Source of the DNA: a virus
IMG/VR virus record: IMGVR_UViG_3300018481_000020
Span: 17,458-81,457 of that record
Reading direction: 5' to 3' (one strand)
Length of the DNA stretch: 64,000 nt
Shown: in pieces, positions 26,809 to 35,844 of the stretch
How positions within the stretch are numbered: the stretch's first letter is position 1
Layout of the letters: every line of letters begins with the position of its first letter
Translations under genes and position numbers: made by a program
The notes under the pieces: generated by a model
What the model was told of the DNA's origin: nothing
Database searches by the model: none
The model's input: the letters and a program-made list of their open reading frames with translations, nothing else

Positions 26809-29800
26809 ATGCCGTACACGTCAGATGCTCAGCGCAAGTTCATGCACGCGAAGCATCCTGAGATCGCGGCGAAGTGGGATGCCGAGATCCGTGGGAAGAA
26901 GAAGAAGATCGCGAAGGGCTGGGCCAAGCCGATCGGCATCGGCGTGGGAGCCAGCGTGCTCGGTGGTGCTGCGGCCAACCAGATTCCTCCAGTGCAGAAG
27001 ACTGAGTGGTACCAGGAGCGCCGGCGCAAGAAGAAGAAGAAGGGTCAGATCAAGAAGATGCTGGCCCCGGTCAGCGATGACCCCTTCTTCAACCAGGAGG
27101 CGGCCCAGAAGACCTTCGACCTGATCATGAAGATGGACGACGACACCGCTGCGGTGTTCTGCTACATCGTCGCCTCGGACCTCCTGGAGCGGGAGGTGGA
27201 GGAGAACCGGGTCACCCTGCAGAAGCACCTGGACGAGGTGGTGGCCAAGCGACTGACTGATCTGAAGAAGGCCACCCTGCGGGCGGTCAGCAAGGGCATG
27301 GAGAATCCTCAGCCGTACGCCCAGGCGCTGGCCATGATCGACTCGATGATCAGCAAGGCTGATGACGACATCCCGGACTGGGAGTTCGAGCGCAAGATCA
27401 AGCGCGACCCCTCCTCGGGTCGGTTCCGGACCAAGTTCAGGTCCACGCCGCTGAAGAAGCCGATGCCAGACAAGACTGCGAAGACGCTGGGGATCGCAGG
27501 TATCACCGGTGATAGGTACAAGAACAAAATGAGTCCCAAGGAGAAGGCCCGCTACCAGCACCAGTACCTGCAGATAGCCGACTTCCTGGGCGCGGTGAAT
27601 GCTGCCACCGATGGCGACAACGAGACCTTGGTCCACTTCCGGAACGAGGCGACCGGAGAGACCTGGGCAGAGAAGGCCACCAGCACCAAGCCCATGACCA
27701 CCATGCTGGAAGAGAACGTCTGGGCGGTAGCTGCCGAGGCGAAGCCAACCACCCTGTCCGTGGGCGGGGCGGCGTTCAGCCTGGCTGGAGCAGCCGGCAA
27801 GACCATGTCTGCTGATCAGGTGAAGGCCTTCAACACCGCTGGGGAGAAGAGTGACGAGTGGAAGGCCTCCTGGCTCACCGACGATAACGGGCAGAACCAG
27901 AATGCTCGGCTCTACCAGCGCACGCACACTTTGGGGACGGTGGCCCAGGAGCTGGGGCCTGATGGCAGCAAGGTTCAACTGGCCGGCAAGATGGCCTCGA
28001 TCGTCGGACAGTACGGACCTCAGGCCGAAGAGGTGCTCGGGCCCAGTGCCAGGAAGACCGCCTACCGGTACCGGGGCACGGAGCGGACTCCCGACGAGCG
28101 GCTGATCGGTATGTACTCCCGGGCTATCGATCAGAACAAGCGCCAGGGCGGGCTCAACCCCTTCGAGGAACAGGCTGAGAACCGGATCAGGACTGCGCGC
28201 GGAGCCAAGAAGCAGCCGTTCGGGTCTGAGACCGGAGTACGTGGCAAGGGATCTTCGCGGCCTATGGCTCAGCCCGGAGTCACGCCGGCGATCACCCAGA
28301 TGGTCCGGGAGCGAGAGGCTGCTGCCGGTCGTGCACCGGATTGGCGTGAGCGGGAGTTGGGCCGGGTGGCAGTACAGCGCTACCTGATGGACGAGCTGCC
28401 CTCCAAGAAGTACTACAAGCTCCAGCTGGCATCAGGGAACACGCCGCCTTCCGAGGGTGTGATCATCAACTCCGAGGGCCAGATCGTCACCCAGGCCGTG
28501 GGCTATGGCGATGACCACTACCTGCCGTTCAACCTGAAGAACCTCAAGGGACTCAAGGGCGGGGAGTACATCCGGAACCGCTCGGTGGGTGGGCTGACCG
28601 CCGAGGATGTGTACACCGGGCTGATCAGCGGAGCCCGCCGGGTGACCGTGGTATCCCGCTCGGGAACGTTCACGATGGAGTTCAAGCCGGACTTCCGGGG
28701 TGGTCGGCGGCACAACGACAAGGCTCGGCGGATGACCAGGCGCTACGAGCAGGTCCTGGATGCGGTGCAGTCTGAGCAGGTAGAGCGGGCCCCCGTGCCG
28801 ATGCGTTGGCGCAAGATGATCGAGGAAGAGGTCAAGGCCGAGTACGGGCCCACTGCTTCACCGCGTCTGGTTCGGGCCGAGATCGATGCTCGGGAGAGGG
28901 AGTTCAAGGCCAACCCTCAGGTCAACGGTCGGGACATGGATCGGGCCGAGGCCAGCATCAGCCAGTTCGAGGAGCAGCAGAAGCGAGGCCTGGTCAGTGC
29001 ACAGGACGTGGCCGACTACCGCAAGCAAATCCATAGTGAGCTGCGCGATCTCAAGGAGATCCACTTCCGGCTGAACGGGGTCGGCTACGAGGCTGCCCTG
29101 GACTCCTTGCGCGAGCAGTTCCCCTACTACATCGACGCCCAGTCGCACCCGACCGCAGAGAACCTGGAGGGTGAGATCCAGGAGCACGAGATGGACATGG
29201 GCTACGTGGAGCCCGGCCGGAATCGACCCACCTCGGCCCAGGCTGGCTGGTTCGGCACTCGCAAGGAGGAGAGCGGCAAGTTCTCTGCGGCCTACTCCGA
29301 TTACCAGCGTGGTCTGCCGGGTACGCCGGAGCCGCACGGGCACCCGCGTGAGAAGGGGAAGTTCAAGCCCACCAACGTCACTTCTTCCACCGGCTCTTCT
29401 GGCGGCGGTGCGAGTGTAGGCCTGCGTTCGGATCGTGAGCGGACTCGGGACGCTGCGATTGAGGCCCTCCAGGCGAACCAGGCCAAGGAAGGTGTGATCA
29501 GCTCCGCAGTGGCCCTGCAGCAGGCAGTCAAGGTGCACAAGCCGCCCACGGGTATCTCCACCCCGGAATGGTGGTATCACTCCGAGGATCAGATGCGGGA
29601 GTACCTGGGCAACGATGCGAACCGGAAGAAGTTCGACACCACCGTCAGCCAGATCGGAGCGGCCGACTTCGATGAGGCCGGAGCCTCACGGCCGTGGCAG
29701 GCCTACCAGACCGCCCGCAAGCGCACCGGTGGTGGTAAGCCCTACTCCCCTGAGCACGCAAACACCTGGCCGACGGAGGGCCCGTACAAGTTCACTGGTG

Positions 29801-30513
29801 ACAACGAGCGGGATGCCTACCGGGCCAGCCCGTTGCCCGGTGCGGTTGATATTGAGGTCAAGCGACTGGATGGTGAGGACACCTCACTGAAGTTCGGTCG
29901 ACCACTGTCCGCGCTCAACGGCCGTGAACTCCGCGAGGAGTTCGAGCTGTCCAAGAACGTGCGCGAGGCGATGAAGACTGCGAAGCTGCAGGGCACGGCA
30001 GCCCAGGACGCACTGGGCTCGCAGTTCCAGAACTCTGGATCTGCCTTCGCCAGCAACTTCTTCCGCGACGACGCTGGTGCCGCCAAGCACTTGGAGAACA
30101 TCCACCGGATGCACCACCTGAAGTCAAAGAGTGGTGGTGGAACCACGGGTGGCGGACCTGTCGGTGGAGTCGGTGGCTTCGGACGGCCCACTCCTCCCCG
30201 ACCTGGTGGACAAGCTCCTAGTGGAGCCAGGGTCCAACCTCCGCAAGGTGGTGGTGACAGTAGTGGTCGGTTCGTGGAGCTCGACCCAGACGACGAGAGG
30301 TTGGTCGAGGACGCTCGTCGGAAGTACCTGAAGGCTGCCGAGCAACTCATCTTGAATCCGGAGAGTCAAGAAGAACATGATGCGCTGTACATGTTCAAGG
30401 AAGGGATGAAGGGGTCTCATCCGGCGAAGGGATTCAATGAGCACACCAAGTGGCTCGAAGAGCTGCCTGACAAGACTCGGACGAAGCTATATGCGCAAGC
30501 GGGCTACTCGTGA
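26809..30513 (+). CDS. large multidomain head-associated / putative injected protein (1234 aa)
   Basis: Lies between portal and MuF; K motifs, KRDPSSGRF motif, degenerate JAB-like region. Confidence 0.65.
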   Translation: MPYTSDAQRKFMHAKHPEIAAKWDAEIRGKKKKIAKGWAKPIGIGVGASVLGGAAANQIPPVQKTEWYQERRRKKKKKGQIKKMLAPVSDDPFFNQEAAQKTFDLIMKMDDDTAAVFCYIVASDLLEREVEENRVTLQKHLDEVVAKRLTDLKKATLRAVSKGMENPQPYAQALAMIDSMISKADDDIPDWEFERKIKRDPSSGRFRTKFRSTPLKKPMPDKTAKTLGIAGITGDRYKNKMSPKEKARYQHQYLQIADFLGAVNAATDGDNETLVHFRNEATGETWAEKATSTKPMTTMLEENVWAVAAEAKPTTLSVGGAAFSLAGAAGKTMSADQVKAFNTAGEKSDEWKASWLTDDNGQNQNARLYQRTHTLGTVAQELGPDGSKVQLAGKMASIVGQYGPQAEEVLGPSARKTAYRYRGTERTPDERLIGMYSRAIDQNKRQGGLNPFEEQAENRIRTARGAKKQPFGSETGVRGKGSSRPMAQPGVTPAITQMVREREAAAGRAPDWRERELGRVAVQRYLMDELPSKKYYKLQLASGNTPPSEGVIINSEGQIVTQAVGYGDDHYLPFNLKNLKGLKGGEYIRNRSVGGLTAEDVYTGLISGARRVTVVSRSGTFTMEFKPDFRGGRRHNDKARRMTRRYEQVLDAVQSEQVERAPVPMRWRKMIEEEVKAEYGPTASPRLVRAEIDAREREFKANPQVNGRDMDRAEASISQFEEQQKRGLVSAQDVADYRKQIHSELRDLKEIHFRLNGVGYEAALDSLREQFPYYIDAQSHPTAENLEGEIQEHEMDMGYVEPGRNRPTSAQAGWFGTRKEESGKFSAAYSDYQRGLPGTPEPHGHPREKGKFKPTNVTSSTGSSGGGASVGLRSDRERTRDAAIEALQANQAKEGVISSAVALQQAVKVHKPPTGISTPEWWYHSEDQMREYLGNDANRKKFDTTVSQIGAADFDEAGASRPWQAYQTARKRTGGGKPYSPEHANTWPTEGPYKFTGDNERDAYRASPLPGAVDIEVKRLDGEDTSLKFGRPLSALNGRELREEFELSKNVREAMKTAKLQGTAAQDALGSQFQNSGSAFASNFFRDDAGAAKHLENIHRMHHLKSKSGGGTTGGGPVGGVGGFGRPTPPRPGGQAPSGARVQPPQGGGDSSGRFVELDPDDERLVEDARRKYLKAAEQLILNPESQEEHDALYMFKEGMKGSHPAKGFNEHTKWLEELPDKTRTKLYAQAGYS

Positions 30514-32528
30514 CCATTGCGCCGTTCGTCGAGCTCGGGTTCCACCCGACTGATCTGCGGCCTGGGGATCTGCCCAAGACCGGGGCATTCCTCGGATCCC
30601 CGGCCGAGGCGATGGAGGCCGCGCTGGCCATCGTCCGGGCTCGGATGGTCGACCAGATGCACGCCGAGATCAAGGGGATCGCACAACCCACTCAAGCCCA
30701 GCTGCTGACCATCATGGACCTGGCCTGGCAGGGCATCTTCCCGGCGTTCCGGAAGGTGTCCGCCCCGATGATGGCCGATGCCTATATCCGGGCATACCGC
30801 TCAGCTGATGCCGGTGACGTACCGCTGAGTGTGATCTACGCACTGGCTGACAAGCATGCGGAGAAGGTGGGGCTGTACTTCTACGGATCCTCCCGCGAGG
30901 CTATGGCCGAGGGGTTCAACACCCTGGTCAACCGGCGATTGCCGGCCAAGGCTGCTGCTGGGAAGTTGATGGATGCCTGGGGTCTGACTCCACGGCAGGT
31001 GCAGGCGTTCATTGCTTCCCAGCAGCTCGATACTCCAGTGAAGTCGGCGTCCCCATTCGCACTGAAGGCCAGGGCCCGGGCCTACATCGACCGAGCCTTC
31101 ACCTCCAGGGCCAAGAAGCTGAGTGCTCAGGAGGAGCACAACATCGAGGAGCAGGCGAAGCAGTACGCCTGGATGTGGCTCCAGGACAAGGGCCGGCTGT
31201 CGAAGAAGGCCCAAAAGATCTGGATCACCGCCAAGGACGAGAAGGTGTGCAAGGTCTGCGGTCCGCTGAACGGGAAGAAGGTCGGAGTCAATGAGCAGTT
31301 CCGCACCCCCAAGGGAGAGTTCTGGACTCCCGGTGTGCACCCGAACTGCCGCTGCTATATCCGGCTGATCGAGAACCGGTTCTCCAAGTCCGCCTTCGGG
31401 ATAGTCAGGAAGGACCTGGCCGGCACTGCCCTGGCGGAGTTCAACGAGCTGCACCCACGCACGGAGTCAGGTCGGTTCGGTACCAAGGCCCGGACCAAGA
31501 CCATCGATGTGGATGAGGAGTTCAAGCGGCTGGTGTCCCAGCCGAGCTTGATCAAGCCGGTACGACACCTCACCTACGCCGATGCCGAGCCTGATCCCGA
31601 GATCGACGAGCAGTTCTTCCAGCTGATCTCAGCCCAGCCGAAGCGGCGGGGGTTCACCTCGGTCTGGGGCAGCCCACTGGAGGTGAAGACCTTCCGGGAG
31701 GAGGCAAAAGCACAGATCGCTGATGTCGAGCCGATGATCAACTTCGCCGCTGACGTGGCGGTAGAACTAAGAGCCAAGTCCAGGCTGGAGACCAAGCCGA
31801 AGCAGCGGATGAAGACTCCGACCATCCCTGTCGGGCAGCCGGCGTTCGCCGTGATCCAGAACGAACTACTTGGAGACGGAGAGATCGACCGGATCCGTTT
31901 CAACCACGGCGTCACCTTCCATACCGACGCGATCGGCGCGGCCCAGGAGGCTGGCGAGCTGAAGAAGGAAATCGTCGATCGCAAGGTGGACGACATGATC
32001 GACCAGCTCGCTAAGGATCGTGGGCGGACGGTCAAGATGGAGGACCCGAAGACCGGGGAGATGCTCTACGCCAAGATGAGGCCCAAGGACATCGAGGCGA
32101 TTGCTGACTGGTACGGGCGGAGCGCTACCTCGCATCACCACGATGACTTCGATCCTGAAGACCTGGAAGATGAAGGTGCTCAGCTCGACTGGGGGGACCG
32201 GGAGGGGACTGTGGTCACTTGGTACAACGAGAAGGGCGAGGCCTGGGGAACAGACCAGATGTCCTATCGCCATCTAGGTCACACTTACTTTGCGCAACGA
32301 TCCTCGGACTACGAGGTCTATGTGGCCGGGATTGACCAGATTGCGACTGATAGTGAAGTGAACGACATCAGCGGTAGCGCGAACAGCAGGCACCGGGAGT
32401 TCAGTGTCGATGGCGACTACGTGCTCCGCCCGGAGACAGTGAAGCGGACCAAGGCTGATCACTTCTACGACGCCACCAGCTTCATGATGGACCCGGAGGG
32501 ATCCGTGGAACTGCCCAAGGACGAGTAG
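30510..32528 (+). CDS. MuF-like (SPP1 gp7) minor head protein with C-terminal extension
   Basis: KIWIT..DEKVCKVCGPLNG...HPNCRC, followed by ~380 aa acidic extension. Confidence 0.85.
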   Translation: MTIAPFVELGFHPTDLRPGDLPKTGAFLGSPAEAMEAALAIVRARMVDQMHAEIKGIAQPTQAQLLTIMDLAWQGIFPAFRKVSAPMMADAYIRAYRSADAGDVPLSVIYALADKHAEKVGLYFYGSSREAMAEGFNTLVNRRLPAKAAAGKLMDAWGLTPRQVQAFIASQQLDTPVKSASPFALKARARAYIDRAFTSRAKKLSAQEEHNIEEQAKQYAWMWLQDKGRLSKKAQKIWITAKDEKVCKVCGPLNGKKVGVNEQFRTPKGEFWTPGVHPNCRCYIRLIENRFSKSAFGIVRKDLAGTALAEFNELHPRTESGRFGTKARTKTIDVDEEFKRLVSQPSLIKPVRHLTYADAEPDPEIDEQFFQLISAQPKRRGFTSVWGSPLEVKTFREEAKAQIADVEPMINFAADVAVELRAKSRLETKPKQRMKTPTIPVGQPAFAVIQNELLGDGEIDRIRFNHGVTFHTDAIGAAQEAGELKKEIVDRKVDDMIDQLAKDRGRTVKMEDPKTGEMLYAKMRPKDIEAIADWYGRSATSHHHDDFDPEDLEDEGAQLDWGDREGTVVTWYNEKGEAWGTDQMSYRHLGHTYFAQRSSDYEVYVAGIDQIATDSEVNDISGSANSRHREFSVDGDYVLRPETVKRTKADHFYDATSFMMDPEGSVELPKDE

Positions 32529-32550
32529 CGCAGATGAGGACGATGGAGCT
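32523..32550 (+). promoter_or_regulatory. conserved late-promoter-like motif, copy 6
   Basis: GAGTAG-N10-GACGAT-N6-ATG. Confidence 0.6.
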
Positions 32551-33591
32551 ATGAGCACAGTGCATGAGCTGCTGGCCACCGACGACACGTTCCGTGAGGT
32601 GGCTGATCTGCTGTTCGGTGGGGGCGGGGACCAGCTGATCAGCAAGATGAACCCGGCCCAGTCCGATGTGGGTTCCCATGGCGGGATGTCGGATCAGAAG
32701 AAGCGGAAGATCACCGCCGGCCTGAGCGCAGTAGGTGCGGCTGCTGGTGGTGCTGGTCTGGCGCTCGGGGGACACAACGTCAGGCGTGGCTACAAGACCG
32801 CTCGTGGCCTGCAGAAGGCCGGCCAACTCGCTGGTGGGAAGAAGAAGGCACTCAAGACTGCCGTCAGTCACGAGAAGCTGGCCACTGGACTGGTTCCACT
32901 GGAGATAGCTGGTCTGACCGGTGAGATCGCGGCCACCAAGATCCTGCACGGGGACACCAAGAAGAAGCAAGGCTCATTGGTCAAGAAGAACCTGGGTGAA
33001 CTGCTCAACAACGCTTCAGACAAGGCACCGAGCAAGCGGAACGCTACCAAGGCTGTACTGGACCCGAACAAGCGGCGCAAGGGTCTGGAGTACACCAAGA
33101 AGACCGGAGGCGCGCTGCGCCGACTGCCGGACAAGGTGAAGACCACCAACGAGGTGAAGAAGTCAGAATCGCCCACAGACCAGGTCGAGGTGGTCTGGGA
33201 GGGCGAGATCGCCAAGGCGGACTCCGACAAGCAGCAACTCTTCGGCTGGGCCTCGGTGATCGAGGTCAACGGCGAGCCGGTGGTGGACCTGCAGGGTGAC
33301 TACATCTCCGCCGATGAGATGGAGAAGGCCGCCTACTCCTATGTGCAGAAGTCTCGCAAGGGCGGGGACATGCACCTGCGTGATGAGTGGGAGCCGATCC
33401 AGAAGTCGGAGATGATCGAGAGCTTCATCGTCACACCCGAGAAGCGTGAGGCCATGGGTCTGCCGGAATCGGTGCCCACCGGCTGGTGGGTGGGGTTCAA
33501 GGTCAACGACCCCGATGTCTGGTCCAAGGTGAAGTCGGGCGAGCGGACCGGGTTCTCGATCCACGGGCAGGGTCGGCGCACGCCGGCGTGA
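32551..33591 (+). CDS. capsid maturation protease (XkdF-like) with N-terminal extension
   Basis: FGWASV...DLQGD...EKAAY...H...ESF...WWVGFKV...VK.G..TGFSI.G. Confidence 0.85.
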   Translation: MSTVHELLATDDTFREVADLLFGGGGDQLISKMNPAQSDVGSHGGMSDQKKRKITAGLSAVGAAAGGAGLALGGHNVRRGYKTARGLQKAGQLAGGKKKALKTAVSHEKLATGLVPLEIAGLTGEIAATKILHGDTKKKQGSLVKKNLGELLNNASDKAPSKRNATKAVLDPNKRRKGLEYTKKTGGALRRLPDKVKTTNEVKKSESPTDQVEVVWEGEIAKADSDKQQLFGWASVIEVNGEPVVDLQGDYISADEMEKAAYSYVQKSRKGGDMHLRDEWEPIQKSEMIESFIVTPEKREAMGLPESVPTGWWVGFKVNDPDVWSKVKSGERTGFSIHGQGRRTPA

Positions 33592-33595
33592 TCCG

Positions 33596-34912
33596 ATGAT
33601 CAGCGCATTCGGCGTGGACCACGGGGGCGAGGTCTCGAAACTGGACGACCAGCAGAAGAAGCAAGCCGCTGCCGGTACCGCCGTAGGAGTCGGTGGGGCT
33701 GCGGCTGCCTCCCAGGTCCGGGTGCCCGAGCACTCGCACTACAACAAGAAGACCCGGGCCTACCTGCACACACTGCCAGCTGGGGTGCACGAGGTGGACA
33801 CCGCGATGCTGGGCAAGCGCCCCCGCAAGCTCGGAGCCAGGAAGCAGCAGACTCCGTACGTGGCCGCGATGGCTCAGGAACGTCCCGCGCCTTACTCGCC
33901 GGTGCCGATCACTCGATACAAAGGTGACAAGGGCGTCATCCAGCGTGACAACGCCCACTCGGTGATGGCAAACGCGATGAAGGGCAGGAAGACCACCATC
34001 AAGATCGAGGACTCTCCGCATCACCGTCCGGTTCGTCCCGCTGGTGAGGAAGCGGTCCGTCGACTCCAGGGCAGGTACCAGCAGCGCCGGCTGAGGCAGA
34101 ACACGAATCTGTCTGAGAAGAAGATCAACCAGCACGTGAAGGCATACAAGCCAAGCTCGCGGAAGGCCAACACCACTAAGCGCCCGCACGGTGTGATCGA
34201 GGATCAGATCAAGTCCAGTCGGCACAAGTACGGGGCCAAGGTGGCCTTGGGTCTGATTCGCAAGGATCAGCGACGCCGAGACACGGCCGCTGGAGCTGCC
34301 GGGGTGGCGGGCGGAGGCGTACTGGCCACCACCCCGGTTCGGCGCTCGGGAGCCAAGGTGAAGATCCACGAGACCAAGTCGGGACCAAGGATCAGGTCAG
34401 CCGAGGCCAAGAAGATCGTCAGTCCCGGCTACCGGCCAGGCAACCGACGGGCCATCCAGGGGATGGCACACAAGCTGCCGAAGAACGCTCAGGGCCCAAC
34501 CAAGGTGATCAGATACAAGGGCGGCCAGGTGATCCCCTGGGACGGCAACCACCGTGCCACCGCACGGATCGCGCGCGGGGACAAGTCCATCCCGGTCAAG
34601 GTGATCGAGGGTGGTGAGCGGCCAGCAGTCAGCGTCACCCGAAATGCCATCCATGTGGGACAACAGCGGGTGCACCAGCGTCGGATGAACCGTGGGGACT
34701 TCACATCTCTGGGCAAGCCGAGCAAGCCAGGCAAGGCCTACCACGCCATCGCCAACGCCTCTCCGACTCGATCCGGCCGCAAGGAGCTGACCACCGTCCG
34801 AGCTGCCTCCGGTCCGACCAAGGCAGCGCTGCGTACCAAGCAAGGTGCGACAGTTACCGCAGGAGCAGCTCTCCTGGGAACTGCTCACCACCTGAACCGG
34901 AAGAAGGACTGA
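33596..34912 (+). CDS. SAFGVDH-leader basic protein with tandem ParB/Srx-like modules
   Basis: MISAFGVDHGGEVSK; DGNHR..A....G...IPV.V plus a degenerate first copy. Confidence 0.7.
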   Translation: MISAFGVDHGGEVSKLDDQQKKQAAAGTAVGVGGAAAASQVRVPEHSHYNKKTRAYLHTLPAGVHEVDTAMLGKRPRKLGARKQQTPYVAAMAQERPAPYSPVPITRYKGDKGVIQRDNAHSVMANAMKGRKTTIKIEDSPHHRPVRPAGEEAVRRLQGRYQQRRLRQNTNLSEKKINQHVKAYKPSSRKANTTKRPHGVIEDQIKSSRHKYGAKVALGLIRKDQRRRDTAAGAAGVAGGGVLATTPVRRSGAKVKIHETKSGPRIRSAEAKKIVSPGYRPGNRRAIQGMAHKLPKNAQGPTKVIRYKGGQVIPWDGNHRATARIARGDKSIPVKVIEGGERPAVSVTRNAIHVGQQRVHQRRMNRGDFTSLGKPSKPGKAYHAIANASPTRSGRKELTTVRAASGPTKAALRTKQGATVTAGAALLGTAHHLNRKKD

Positions 34913-34913
34913 G

Positions 34914-35804
34914 ATGGCGCGAGCAATGAGCGACACCGAGATCAGGCATCGCAAGAAGCTCCAGGCCGGGGCCTCCCAGGCTGGCGGCGTGCTCGGACTG
35001 ACTGCGCTCGGCGGCACCATGGTGGCCAGCAGGGGCGGTCGGAACACCCTGCGCAAGATCCCACAGCTGAAGTCGCGACTGGCTGCCCCGCCGCCCAAGG
35101 ACCCGAACCGGGACCGGATCAAGGGCGCGGTCACCCCAGTGCTGGCCACCGGGGCTGGTATCGGTGGAGCCTCGGCGTTCAACTTCGCCTCCTATACCCG
35201 CGCGGAGTCCAAGAAGCGACAGAAGCCAGCGGTGGTCGGCCAACCACCGTCACGGATCAAGAAGAGAGAGGACGAGCCGATGGAGATGGGCTACTACGGT
35301 GAGGTCGGCCGTCCCGTCCGACTCACCGAGATCGAGGTGCCAGTCAGCAAGGCCTGGCAGCCATCGGCCGGGAACTTCGACTCCGAGACCGCTCGGAAGA
35401 AGCGGACCAAGGGATACCAGGGCGCTGCCCTGGTCGGGGCGGGTGCCGGTGGTGCCTATGCCGGACATCACGGGATGAAGGCCGCACACGCGGCTGGCAA
35501 GATCAAGCCAGTCTCGATGGGCCTCATGGAGACCAGGACGGTTGACGCCCATGGGACCACCCGCCGGGTGCCGAAGGTGGCCGGCAGAAGGGGTTCCAAG
35601 AAGGCGCACGTGATCGAGGAGAAGGCGATCCCGACGAAGGCGCTGAAGGCTGCTGGCAAGCATGGTGGTCGAACTGCCCTTGGAGTGGGTGCGGTGGCCG
35701 CTGCTGCCGGCACTCATCGGGCGCTGAAGCGCAAGGAGAAGGGCTCCTGGCAGCCATATGCGAAGCGTGACTCGGCCAGCGCGTTCGGAATCAACCACGC
35801 ATGA
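34914..35804 (+). CDS. basic Gly/Ala-rich protein with C-terminal SAFGINH motif
   Basis: Four GA-rich hydrophobic segments; internal PVSK/A; ends SASAFGINHA. Confidence 0.65.
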   Translation: MARAMSDTEIRHRKKLQAGASQAGGVLGLTALGGTMVASRGGRNTLRKIPQLKSRLAAPPPKDPNRDRIKGAVTPVLATGAGIGGASAFNFASYTRAESKKRQKPAVVGQPPSRIKKREDEPMEMGYYGEVGRPVRLTEIEVPVSKAWQPSAGNFDSETARKKRTKGYQGAALVGAGAGGAYAGHHGMKAAHAAGKIKPVSMGLMETRTVDAHGTTRRVPKVAGRRGSKKAHVIEEKAIPTKALKAAGKHGGRTALGVGAVAAAAGTHRALKRKEKGSWQPYAKRDSASAFGINHA

Positions 35805-35832
35805 GTGGACAGCACCGTGAGACTGAGAACTA
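35803..35832 (+). promoter_or_regulatory. conserved late-promoter-like motif, copy 7
   Basis: GAGTGG-N10-GAGACT-G upstream of the scaffold/capsid genes. Confidence 0.55.
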
Positions 35833-35844
35833 GAGGTAGATGAA

